From a virus (taxonomy: Duplodnaviria; Caudoviricetes): a stretch of DNA of 47,362 bases. Shown here piece by piece: positions 19,866 through 28,065 of this stretch. How positions within the stretch are numbered: the first letter of the stretch is position 1; the number at the start of each line of letters is the position of its first letter. The notes under the pieces were generated by a model. It searched no databases and was not told the DNA's origin. It was given only the letters and a program-made list of their open reading frames with translations. The DNA is taken from positions 1 through 47,362 of the IMG/VR virus record IMGVR_UViG_3300007735_000746; one strand, written 5' to 3'. The translations under genes and the position numbers were made by a program.

Positions 19866-21242
19866 CTATTGAAATTTGTACCTAATAACCACGATTCCCG
19901 AACCGCCAGTTTCACCATTAGCTGCATCATAAGCAGCTCCTCCTCCGCCACCTCCTGTATTAACTGTTCCTGGTGATCCAAAACTTTTAGTTCTAACATT
20001 ACCTGTACCACCTCCACCTGATCCACCTGCACCTCCAGGATTACAAGTGTCTCCAGATCCTCCTCCACCTCCTGCAAAATATCTACCAGGAGCTGGTCCT
20101 GGAGTTCCATAAGAAGGTGCTGTTGGTCCAAAGAATGCTGTAGCTATTGGTGAGCCTACTCCACCATTACCAGATAATGTAGTAGAACTAGCTCCTCCAA
20201 CTGCACCTGCTCCACCACCACCTGAACCTCCATAAACTGGACCCCCTGCTGGAGTAGCACTTGTACCACCCGCACTACCTTGAGGAGGAGATACTGGTGG
20301 TGTATTTCCTGCTCCACCAGCAGCAATTGGTGAATTAGATATTCCTCCACCTCCGCCACCACCAGAACCTCCACTATTAGCTGCTGTTCCTGCTCCTGGT
20401 CCTGATCCACCTGATCCATAACCACCACCAGCAGAAGTTATTGTACTAAATATAGAAGGATTACCATTACTACCTACACCTGGATTAGTTGGGGTAGTTG
20501 CTCCACCTGCTCCAACTGTAATTGGATATGTTGTTGCTGTAACTGGTAAACCTGTTGTTGTTGGACTTGGATAATTTTGTCTAAAACCTCCTGCTCCACC
20601 ACCTCCAGCAGCTGTTCTTCCACCTGCTCCTCCTCCAGCTACTACTAAATATTCTACTGAATTTGATCCTAAAGAATTTCCAGCTGAAGATACTATAAAA
20701 GAACCAGGACCTGTAAATATATGAGTTTTAAAATTTCCACATGTTAAAACTGTTCCACCAGTTGCTGTTACATATGTAGGTTGTGGTAAATCTGATCTAT
20801 TTCCTGAATCTGTAACAATCCAACCTTGTGTTGCGTCTACATATACAAAAGTTACAGAAATTCCATTAGTTGATAAAACTGAATTAATTGTACTTCCAGC
20901 AATTTTTGAACCATTTCTATCTACTGTTAAATTATTCGTTGCAAAAGTATTTGCATAATCACAAAGACCAACTACTGCTCCTGCAGACGGTGTTGCTGGT
21001 AATGTTACTGTAAATGCTGCTGAAGTAGTATCACAAAAATAACCAACTCCTGATACTGCTGTAAATCCTGTAGTCTTTTTTGTTGTATCCCAAGATACTG
21101 CTCCTGTAGGACCAAATCCTGCAGCTGTTCCTGAATTAGAAATTGTTGCACCAGCAGGGATAGTAATTGTATCCCCAGAAGCACCTAACGTTAAGGTAGT
21201 TCCTGTTTGTGGTTCAATTGCATTAACTTCTATTTTAGACAT
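19866..21242 (-). CDS. Glycine-rich tail fibre protein, paralog 1
   Basis: Same architecture; shares an identical 34-aa block with 17129-18592. Confidence 0.8.
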   Translation of the reverse strand: MSKIEVNAIEPQTGTTLTLGASGDTITIPAGATISNSGTAAGFGPTGAVSWDTTKKTTGFTAVSGVGYFCDTTSAAFTVTLPATPSAGAVVGLCDYANTFATNNLTVDRNGSKIAGSTINSVLSTNGISVTFVYVDATQGWIVTDSGNRSDLPQPTYVTATGGTVLTCGNFKTHIFTGPGSFIVSSAGNSLGSNSVEYLVVAGGGAGGRTAAGGGGAGGFRQNYPSPTTTGLPVTATTYPITVGAGGATTPTNPGVGSNGNPSIFSTITSAGGGYGSGGSGPGAGTAANSGGSGGGGGGGISNSPIAAGGAGNTPPVSPPQGSAGGTSATPAGGPVYGGSGGGGAGAVGGASSTTLSGNGGVGSPIATAFFGPTAPSYGTPGPAPGRYFAGGGGGSGDTCNPGGAGGSGGGGTGNVRTKSFGSPGTVNTGGGGGGAAYDAANGETGGSGIVVIRYKFQ

Positions 21243-21243
21243 A

Positions 21244-21687
21244 TTATATTACTACCAAAGTTCCTGTTACTGTTAAAGTACTTGTTACAGTTACTGGTCC
21301 TGCAAGTACTCCTGATTGAATTGTTTGAATATCTGTAATTGTTGTTGCATGCGTATTTACAAATGTTTGTGGATCCATCACTGGTGATGGTGTTTCTCTT
21401 GCAGGCAAAGAACAAAATATATCTTTTACACCTGTGCTAAAACTTACTAATGAACTAGCATTAGAACTTGAAATGACTGTGTCTCTTGTAAAGGTAGTAG
21501 CGTTCGTTAAAGATCCAATACCCACTTCCCACTGACTGCCTAAAGCAATCGTGTAATAACATGAGTTACCTGATCCAATGCCAGAAGAAAAACTTTGAAA
21601 ACCTAACTGAGCACCTGTTAGTGTAACTGTGCCTGTTCCAGTTGTCGAAGTAGTTTCTTTGACTCTGTCGTTAATAACGAACGCCAT
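21244..21687 (-). CDS. Tail fibre attachment protein
   Basis: NDRVKETTSTTGTG...WEVGIG motif common at phage fibre N-termini. Confidence 0.65.
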   Translation of the reverse strand: MAFVINDRVKETTSTTGTGTVTLTGAQLGFQSFSSGIGSGNSCYYTIALGSQWEVGIGSLTNATTFTRDTVISSSNASSLVSFSTGVKDIFCSLPARETPSPVMDPQTFVNTHATTITDIQTIQSGVLAGPVTVTSTLTVTGTLVVI

Positions 21688-21697
21688 AAAACTACCT

Positions 21698-22126
21698 CTA
21701 TGATATTCTTAATATTGCATTCGCTGATGTAAACGCTGGAAACACAATTGTAAATGTTCCTGCTGTTGCTGTTTTATCTCCACCAAAATCTAGAACGCAA
21801 ACGGCTTTGTTAGAAGCTGATGTGTTGTAAATTAGAGCTCCCGCTGCTGTTAGCGTAACTCCTGTGAATGATAAATCTGCAAAGTCAACAATTGCTACAC
21901 CTGTATCAAGTGAAGTTTGTTGTCCAGTTAAAGTACCACCTCCAGCTGAATACTGACCAGTGTTTGCTACTTCATTTGTTGAAGTATAAACAGTTGTTGA
22001 AGCTGATAAGTTTGCTGCTGATGTATAAAGGGATAATTTAAAAACGTTTCCGCCTGTTGCGAAGTTATGTTGTCCTTCTAAAATCTGCTGTTTAAAAGAA
22101 TTACATACTGCTTGTGCTATTGCCAT
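21698..22126 (-). CDS. Tail structural protein
   Basis: CNSFK...FKLSLYT...YSAGG...GALIYN...VLDFGGDK conserved pattern. Confidence 0.65.
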   Translation of the reverse strand: MAIAQAVCNSFKQQILEGQHNFATGGNVFKLSLYTSAANLSASTTVYTSTNEVANTGQYSAGGGTLTGQQTSLDTGVAIVDFADLSFTGVTLTAAGALIYNTSASNKAVCVLDFGGDKTATAGTFTIVFPAFTSANAILRIS

Positions 22127-22147
22127 ATATTGTACTCCTTATAGTTT

Positions 22148-22831
22148 TTATGGTGATGGTGAATTAATTTTAATTCTTAATGAACCATCAAAATACTCGT
22201 CTCTACGTCTTCTACCTGTTTGTTCAATCGTAAAGCCTTGTAATGCTGTATTATACTTGTCTTGATACAATTTGTACATATCCATAGGTCCTTTTAGATA
22301 TGCAAAAGCTTCCACTAAACAAGCATATAATAATAATTCTGGAGCGTTTTGACTAATATAAGTTGTAGTATTTGTTGAACTTAAATTATCAGGTGTGTAA
22401 ACATAGTCTAATGTAACTGCATATGCAGCATCTGGAGTTGGAGCTACTTGAATAGCATTCTCCCTATACATTGAATAATATTTAGGAAATCCTGTTGCAC
22501 CACTTGCGTTGTATTCAGTTATAAATGTATCATCTCTAGGGTCTAAAGCTACTTGATTAGAAGAAGTATTAGTTACAATTACAGATCTTACTATAAAAGC
22601 TCTTCTTATAGTTGTTGTTCCTTCATCTGTATTATCATCTGGCAAAAGTAAATATTTATTACCAGAGTTAAAACTTGATGTAGCATATTCTCTAGAATAA
22701 TCTGCATCTGCTTCTCTGAATATTCTATATTCAGCATTTTTAATAAAAGTATCACAAATACTATTTGTAAGTACTGATGAATCTACTTCTGTATAATCTC
22801 TTATTTGTTGTAATAGTTCTGAATAAGTCAT
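22148..22831 (-). CDS. Head-tail adaptor/connector protein
   Basis: MTYSEL...AEYRI...APTPD...LLLYACLVEA. Confidence 0.7.
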   Translation of the reverse strand: MTYSELLQQIRDYTEVDSSVLTNSICDTFIKNAEYRIFREADADYSREYATSSFNSGNKYLLLPDDNTDEGTTTIRRAFIVRSVIVTNTSSNQVALDPRDDTFITEYNASGATGFPKYYSMYRENAIQVAPTPDAAYAVTLDYVYTPDNLSSTNTTTYISQNAPELLLYACLVEAFAYLKGPMDMYKLYQDKYNTALQGFTIEQTGRRRRDEYFDGSLRIKINSPSP

Positions 22832-23184
22832 GATATTACTATTGTTACATTACCAACACTTGCAAGTGCTGATCTTCTACTATTAATTACGTCTCCACTA
22901 ATTCCAGGTTGCATACTATTATTTACAGTTAAAAATTGTCCTGGCCAATAATATAAATCTAATTGTACTTCAACGCCTCCTCCTGGTCTAATATCTGCTC
23001 TTGGCATAATTAATGCTTCAGGATCTGCTGGATGATATGGAGGATCTAATTGAGGATGTTTTGGTTCATATTCGGTAAAATGAACAATAGAACCATTCCA
23101 TTCTTTTCTCATTTCTCTATATGGAAATTGAGCTCCACTTCTATCTGAAATAGCTAATGATTTTTTTCCTCTCGCGAATGACAT
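22828..23184 (-). CDS. Conserved hypothetical (neck module)
   Basis: ISDRSG...EWNG...EPKHPQ. Confidence 0.6.
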   Translation of the reverse strand: MSFARGKKSLAISDRSGAQFPYREMRKEWNGSIVHFTEYEPKHPQLDPPYHPADPEALIMPRADIRPGGGVEVQLDLYYWPGQFLTVNNSMQPGISGDVINSRRSALASVGNVTIVIS

Positions 23185-23873
23185 TAATATCTATCTCCAA
23201 AATAAGTATAAGGTGAAATAAATACAGAAGTTCTTTGAGAATCTTCTTCTAAAGCTCTTTGTAATTCATCTTCATATAATAATTTTAAATCTTGAATTCT
23301 TTCTGGTGCATATTTTTGTGAAATATAAAAGGCAAGTCCAGAAACCATACATGGTAAAAATCTATATGGTAAATCTGCTTGGTTGGTATAAGAACCAGCA
23401 TCTTGAATTCTTTGTATGTAATAATATTTTAAATAAGTGTAAGTTGTACAATCTGGTGCAAGATATAAACTAATTTCTGGTGTGATTTGTCTATTCACAT
23501 AATATTGTGAAGGCTGACCCGTTTGTCCTTTATTAGGAAGAGCCGCATAAGCTGATCTATCAATTTTATTTAATGATATATCATTTGTACTTGAAGTTAC
23601 TGTTTCAGAAGTTGAAACATAAGCTTCTAATACATCACTGCAATCTTGTGGTGTAGTATAAGTAATTGTACCAGCAGTCATTAACTGGTTTTTTAATTCT
23701 ACTTTAAAAAGATGAACACCTCTATTTCCCCATTCGGAAAATAATAAATTTAAACTTCTTCTTGATGATTTTAAATCGTAACCTTTAGTATTACGAATGC
23801 CACATCTTTCGTAAGCTTCTTCAATGACATCATCGATGTCTAAATTAAATGTTGTTGTTCCAGATGTAGCCAT
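23184..23873 (-). CDS. Head-tail adaptor (P22 gp4-like)
   Basis: IEEAYERCG...RRSLNLLFSEWGNRG...RFLPCMVSGLA. Confidence 0.7.
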   Translation of the reverse strand: MATSGTTTFNLDIDDVIEEAYERCGIRNTKGYDLKSSRRSLNLLFSEWGNRGVHLFKVELKNQLMTAGTITYTTPQDCSDVLEAYVSTSETVTSSTNDISLNKIDRSAYAALPNKGQTGQPSQYYVNRQITPEISLYLAPDCTTYTYLKYYYIQRIQDAGSYTNQADLPYRFLPCMVSGLAFYISQKYAPERIQDLKLLYEDELQRALEEDSQRTSVFISPYTYFGDRY

Positions 23874-23884
23874 AAGTCATAACC

Positions 23885-23989
23885 TTACTTTTTCTTTACT
23901 GGCTTTTTACTGTTCATGCCAGGAACTTTTCCTGTAAGTTTATAAGGCTTATGTGCTCCGCCCATTGGTTGTTTTGTTGCTACGCTCAT
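23885..23989 (-). CDS. Small basic protein (34 aa)
   Basis: Not in track; MSVATKQPMGGAHKPYKLTGKVPGMNSKKPVKKK; TAATG-coupled, GAGG RBS. Confidence 0.55.
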   Translation of the reverse strand: MSVATKQPMGGAHKPYKLTGKVPGMNSKKPVKKK

Positions 23990-24165
23990 TATCTAATCCT
24001 CGACATTTGTTTTTTGACTTGAAAAGGTTTTTGACCTCTTGGTTCAAAAATACCGCCTTCAGCCATACTGCTTTTTAATGCTTGAAAATCTGCACCAGTA
24101 ATTTTATCTCTTGGTTCAGCTGCTTCAGCAATTTTTAGTTGTTTTGGTGATAGTTCTTTTTTCAT
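23989..24165 (-). CDS. Small GG-tagged protein (58 aa)
   Basis: Not in track; MKKELSPKQLKIA...KITGADF...SMAEGGIFEPRGQKPFQVKK; ATGA-coupled. Confidence 0.7.
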   Translation of the reverse strand: MKKELSPKQLKIAEAAEPRDKITGADFQALKSSMAEGGIFEPRGQKPFQVKKQMSRIR

Positions 24166-24428
24166 GCTTCTATCATACCACCATAATACTTTTTAGTAAA
24201 TGTCTTAACAAAAGTAGGTTTTGGGCCAGTATTACCAGCTGCTCTTTTTCTTTGAACTGCTGATCTTCTTTGGCCTTCTGTCATTCTTCTTGCCTTTGCT
24301 AATGGTACACACTTTGGATAACCTTTTCTTTTTTCTCCTTTAGACCTTCCACAAGGAGCAAAAGAACCATCTTTACGTTTAGAACCTATATCTACCCATT
24401 TTTCTGCTACCCATTTACGTAAGCTCAT
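24162..24428 (-). CDS. Small basic protein
   Basis: LRKW...WVDI...CGR...YPKCVP motif; C-terminal KYYGG. Confidence 0.7.
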   Translation of the reverse strand: MSLRKWVAEKWVDIGSKRKDGSFAPCGRSKGEKRKGYPKCVPLAKARRMTEGQRRSAVQRKRAAGNTGPKPTFVKTFTKKYYGGMIEA

Positions 24429-24429
24429 A

Positions 24430-24660
24430 TTAATATTTTTTAGTAACTTTTCTTCTATTACTCATTACATCTCCACAACCTTTTGCAATTCCACCTTGTT
24501 TATAATTAGATGTTTCTTTTCTTTGTTGAGATTTACTTTTACCACCTGGTTTTATTTTTCCAGAACAAACTGCAGATGCATACATATTTGCATAGGCGCT
24601 TGGATAGACTTTAAATTTTCTTTTAGCCGCAGCTTTTCCTCTTGGACAAAGTTTACCCAT
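24430..24660 (-). CDS. Small basic protein
   Basis: KFKVYPSAYAN motif; C-terminal YKQGGIAKGCG. Confidence 0.7.
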   Translation of the reverse strand: MGKLCPRGKAAAKRKFKVYPSAYANMYASAVCSGKIKPGGKSKSQQRKETSNYKQGGIAKGCGDVMSNRRKVTKKY

Positions 24661-24764
24661 TATTTTTTCTTTTTCTTTTTTGCAGCAAGCATGGCTCTTG
24701 ATGGTTTTGCACCTCTAAGCTTACCTTCTATTTGTTGTGGTATTTGTGATCTTCCTATTGGCAT
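24660..24764 (-). CDS. Small basic peptide (34 aa)
   Basis: Not in track; MPIGRSQIPQQIEGKLRGAKPSRAMLAAKKKKKK; TAATG-coupled to next gene. Confidence 0.6.
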   Translation of the reverse strand: MPIGRSQIPQQIEGKLRGAKPSRAMLAAKKKKKK

Positions 24765-24768
24765 ATAA

Positions 24769-25227
24769 TTAATCTAATACAGTATATACAATTCTACCAT
24801 TCAATTTTTCAGCCTTCAAGTATTGCTTTCTGTTACTGTTAGATGAATAACTACAATGCACCCATCCACTATTAGGCTCGTTTTCATTCCAAAACTCAAG
24901 TATACATTGATCATATTCTAAATTTTTTACAATAAATTCTGCAACCTCTTTATTAGGCACTCCAAATATTTCAAAATCTGCGGCTTGTCCTTTGGTATGT
25001 TGACTCTTGGCTGACGAACCTATAGCTTCACATAGTGCAGCTGATCTATACCCTGAAGATACAGATAAAGGCATTCCATAAAAATCTCTAATAGGTTGTA
25101 ATATTTTTTCACAAAGTATTTTAAGATTTTGTATTTGTTCTTCGTTTGGAGTATTATCTATACCAAGTCTAGTTGCTTCTTGTGACTTTGTTAATTCATT
25201 TAATGTAAAACTTTTACTTAATTGCAT
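24769..25227 (-). CDS. Peptidase M15A endolysin
   Basis: SSGYRS, SQHTKGQAAD, WVH Zn-ligand motifs. Confidence 0.85.
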   Translation of the reverse strand: MQLSKSFTLNELTKSQEATRLGIDNTPNEEQIQNLKILCEKILQPIRDFYGMPLSVSSGYRSAALCEAIGSSAKSQHTKGQAADFEIFGVPNKEVAEFIVKNLEYDQCILEFWNENEPNSGWVHCSYSSNSNRKQYLKAEKLNGRIVYTVLD

Positions 25228-25715
25228 TATAAATAATTTAAATTAATAACTATACGTCTTGATGTATCAGTTTGACTGACCATCGCATGTTCTATATTTG
25301 AATTAAATATCAAAATTTTATTAGCTTCGCAAGGTACTTTAATTTGTTTCTCTCTATCTATTAAAGTATAACCATTATTTGTATTTACGTAATAAATAGC
25401 AGTCTTACATTCAAAGTGTTTATCTATATGAAATTCAGATTGAAAAGGTTTATCTTTAGCTAATACTAAATTAGCTTTAATTGTAATAGGTGCAATACAA
25501 TTTAACTTTTTTAATATAGGTCTAGCAATGGTATCAAAGCCTTTTGAGAATGATACATGATCACCATATAAAATATGTCTAAAATAAAAGTTATCTGTAT
25601 TAGTCATATTCTCTCTGTAATACCAAGGAAGATCATATTCAGGAGACATTAACTGTGCTTGAATATTTAAGAACTGTTCTGGTTCTAAAAAATTTTCTAT
25701 TATTTCGTAATCCAT
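25227..25715 (-). CDS. 2OG-Fe(II) oxygenase family protein
   Basis: FHID, TAIYYVNTNNGYT, EH...RIVINLNY. Confidence 0.75.
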   Translation of the reverse strand: MDYEIIENFLEPEQFLNIQAQLMSPEYDLPWYYRENMTNTDNFYFRHILYGDHVSFSKGFDTIARPILKKLNCIAPITIKANLVLAKDKPFQSEFHIDKHFECKTAIYYVNTNNGYTLIDREKQIKVPCEANKILIFNSNIEHAMVSQTDTSRRIVINLNYL

Positions 25716-26317
25716 TATTTATTTTCTCTAAGCTTATGTATAACCTCAATTACATGCTTTTCATACTCTTTATTTGTAGAAAAATTATCTAAAGTTTTAG
25801 CCATTGCAATAGGATTTCTATTTGCTGTAATTTCTCTAACTTTTCTAAATTCAGCATATGCTCTTTTTGTATTTAGAATTTCTATATAGTACTTAACAGA
25901 TTCACATTTGTTTTTAAATACTCTTACACGCCAATCAATAGTATCAGGTTGTTTAAGAGGTAACATACCCTCTTTTGACCATACTCGTATACCAAACAGA
26001 TTGTGCCCCTCGCGCGCGAAGCGTGATGTTCCATAATTAGATTCAACAATAGCTTGTGCAATAATTAGTTCGGTGTTTACTCTTTGGCGTCTTGGGATAT
26101 TAAAATTAAGGTAATTGATGCAGTGGGTGAGGGAAGTGATGAATTCTTTATTGTTTGAGTACTCAAACCTCGGGATTCCAAACCCGAGTTTCACGGCCCA
26201 GTTAACTGTCTCAACCTGGACCTTCCGTTTGGCGGCGGGGTTGGGAAAAAATGTACCTAATACAAATGCTGCTAGAGCTATGATCAAATACTTTATTAAC
26301 ATAATCTTTGTTGTCAT
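25715..26317 (-). CDS. Glucosaminidase (GH73/Bax-like) with N-terminal membrane anchor
   Basis: AQAIVESNYGTSRFAREGHNLFGI; hydrophobic N-terminus. Confidence 0.8.
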   Translation of the reverse strand: MTTKIMLIKYLIIALAAFVLGTFFPNPAAKRKVQVETVNWAVKLGFGIPRFEYSNNKEFITSLTHCINYLNFNIPRRQRVNTELIIAQAIVESNYGTSRFAREGHNLFGIRVWSKEGMLPLKQPDTIDWRVRVFKNKCESVKYYIEILNTKRAYAEFRKVREITANRNPIAMAKTLDNFSTNKEYEKHVIEVIHKLRENK

Positions 26318-26370
26318 AACATTTACAGTGATTTAGTAAGCAGCATCCAACTGCTAATTTGTTAATACAA

Positions 26371-26610
26371 TTATTTGCAATTACAGTTTTTGTCGTCATC
26401 ACTAGCTTTTAATTTTACGCCAGCTAAAAGTCCAATAAAGCCCCCGACAATAGTTTGAAAAGCAGGGCTAATTAATTTAAATATTTCGGCATTATCTACT
26501 TTTTCATCAAATAGACCAGTCATAAGAGTCATAACCATACTTAACACAACAATACATAAAGTAGTTGTTACTAATGTAGTTACTACGAATGTTAATTTTT
26601 CTTTATTCAT
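26371..26610 (-). CDS. Small two-TM membrane protein
   Basis: Two hydrophobic segments; PAFQTIVGGFIGLLAG. Confidence 0.65.
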   Translation of the reverse strand: MNKEKLTFVVTTLVTTTLCIVVLSMVMTLMTGLFDEKVDNAEIFKLISPAFQTIVGGFIGLLAGVKLKASDDDKNCNCK

Positions 26611-27259
26611 TTTTATCTATTATATCATAAAAAAATTTGTCTGTGTCATCAGTTACAAATTTTTTATTTTCAACATTCCACTCTGTAGTTTGTACTTTAT
26701 AATCTGGCCAATGTGTTGAAGTTGTAAAGCTAGGAATACTCCACAGAATACGATTATTAGGCTGAGCTGCAAAATTGCCGTTATCAAGAGCCAAAACGTG
26801 AGCACACTTATGCTGATCGGGAATTTCAGAATGTTCAGTATCGAGTATATTAGGTTCTGGATGTGCCCAATCCAAAGTGAATAAATATTCTCCATGAATA
26901 AATTTTTTATCCTTTCCTAAATATTTACAACGTTGTCCTATTAAAAAATCAAAAGTAGTAACAGCAGGATAATAACTAAATGAATTCCATAGCTGAAGAT
27001 CTTCGAGATCTTGATGTTCCATTTCTCGTTGATGCAAAGAAGTGCTGTTTCCTCTTTGAAGAAAAGCAGAGATAGGAAGCCTCCAGAATATTGCACCATT
27101 CGTAAGTAAAGCATGAAATAAGATTGCACGCCCTGGAATACTTGCAATAGCAAAGACCACACAATCTTCAGTTTCGCCATGATGTTCTCGTAAGTCATAT
27201 AAATATTCTCTCCTTATCTTGCAATAGATAGGTGGAATATTAGCATTTAAATAAGACAT
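26603..27259 (-). CDS. Conserved phage hypothetical protein
   Basis: YLNANIPP...RLPISA...HSE.PDQHKCAH...QPNNR. Confidence 0.7.
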   Translation of the reverse strand: MSYLNANIPPIYCKIRREYLYDLREHHGETEDCVVFAIASIPGRAILFHALLTNGAIFWRLPISAFLQRGNSTSLHQREMEHQDLEDLQLWNSFSYYPAVTTFDFLIGQRCKYLGKDKKFIHGEYLFTLDWAHPEPNILDTEHSEIPDQHKCAHVLALDNGNFAAQPNNRILWSIPSFTTSTHWPDYKVQTTEWNVENKKFVTDDTDKFFYDIIDKNE

Positions 27260-27266
27260 TGCAAGC

Positions 27267-27665
27267 TTAACATTTCCATCTTCGTCTTGCTTGTCTTAAT
27301 CTAGAATTGGGGTCTTTTGCTGCTTTTGGAAACATTTTCATTTGTCCAGCAGATCTTGCACAATATGATTTTCTTCTTGCAGCTCTTTTTGGGCCTGGTT
27401 TATCTTCTGTTACAGCTGTAGATAACTTTGAACCTGGATTCATTCTTCTGTATGCTTTAACACCAGCTTGTGTCATACCTGCACCAGCTTCTGTAGATCT
27501 AAAATTTTTTTTATTTCTTGGTGGCATCCCGCCTTTAGCAAGATCAACCATGAGACCTAAATTTGCTCTTAATTGTTTTGATTTTTTATTTTTATCAGAT
27601 TCTTCACCAAGACCATAATAGTCTTGTAATGTATCGTAGTAAGTGCCTGATCGTATAATAGGCAT
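27267..27665 (-). CDS. Basic protein with RRKSYCARS...RRWKC domain
   Basis: Widespread phage basic domain; preceded by LAKGG. Confidence 0.7.
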   Translation of the reverse strand: MPIIRSGTYYDTLQDYYGLGEESDKNKKSKQLRANLGLMVDLAKGGMPPRNKKNFRSTEAGAGMTQAGVKAYRRMNPGSKLSTAVTEDKPGPKRAARRKSYCARSAGQMKMFPKAAKDPNSRLRQARRRWKC

Positions 27666-27674
27666 TTTAAAATG

Positions 27675-28004
27675 TTACGGTTGTGGTTGATACATTGGGC
27701 CTGGACCCGAATATTTATCTGTAAGTAATGTTACTGCTGCAATGCTAGTAAATGTTGAAACATAAATTCCTTGTGGAAATAAAATTCCATCTTCTGGAAA
27801 ATTTAAATTAATAATATCTCCTGCTGGAACATCTGCAACAAATAAAGTTGTACCAGTAGCACTTGCTGTTTTTAATTCAACAGTTCCAGTTCCACCGCCT
27901 GACGATGCAACTATAATTCCTCTTAATCTTATTGATGGAGCAACTACTACAGTTGATGTAGCCGCTGTAATTCTTGTAGCTTGTATATCTGATTTAAAAC
28001 CCAT
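27675..28004 (-). CDS. Small beta-rich virion protein (decoration-like)
   Basis: PEDGILFPQGIYV motif; directly downstream of MCP. Confidence 0.55.
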   Translation of the reverse strand: MGFKSDIQATRITAATSTVVVAPSIRLRGIIVASSGGGTGTVELKTASATGTTLFVADVPAGDIINLNFPEDGILFPQGIYVSTFTSIAAVTLLTDKYSGPGPMYQPQP

Positions 28005-28020
28005 AATTCCTATTGTACCT

Positions 28021-28053
28021 AAAAAATACTGGGGCGTAAAGACGCCCCAGTAT
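28021..28053 (-). terminator. Rho-independent terminator after major capsid gene
   Basis: 12-bp perfect stem ATACTGGGGCGT/ACGCCCCAGTAT, 4-nt loop, T-run on minus strand. Confidence 0.85.
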
Positions 28054-28065
28054 AATAATTAGTTC

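Noticed and set aside
11554-20428. Alternate-frame minus-strand Glu/Val-rich ORFs (11554, 17155, 17407, 19862, 20156)
   Set aside because: Frame-shifted readings of poly-Gly codons; their mutual similarity just reflects the fibre paralogy
11387-21242. CCW/GGW-rich repeats as CRISPR array or DGR template/variable repeat
   Set aside because: No repeat-spacer structure; no reverse transcriptase in window; the 103-bp pair differs only at silent sites inside two intact genes
26211-26402. Cys-rich 63-aa minus-strand ORF
   Set aside because: Overlaps both neighbours substantially and lacks a clear RBS; cannot be excluded but is unsupported
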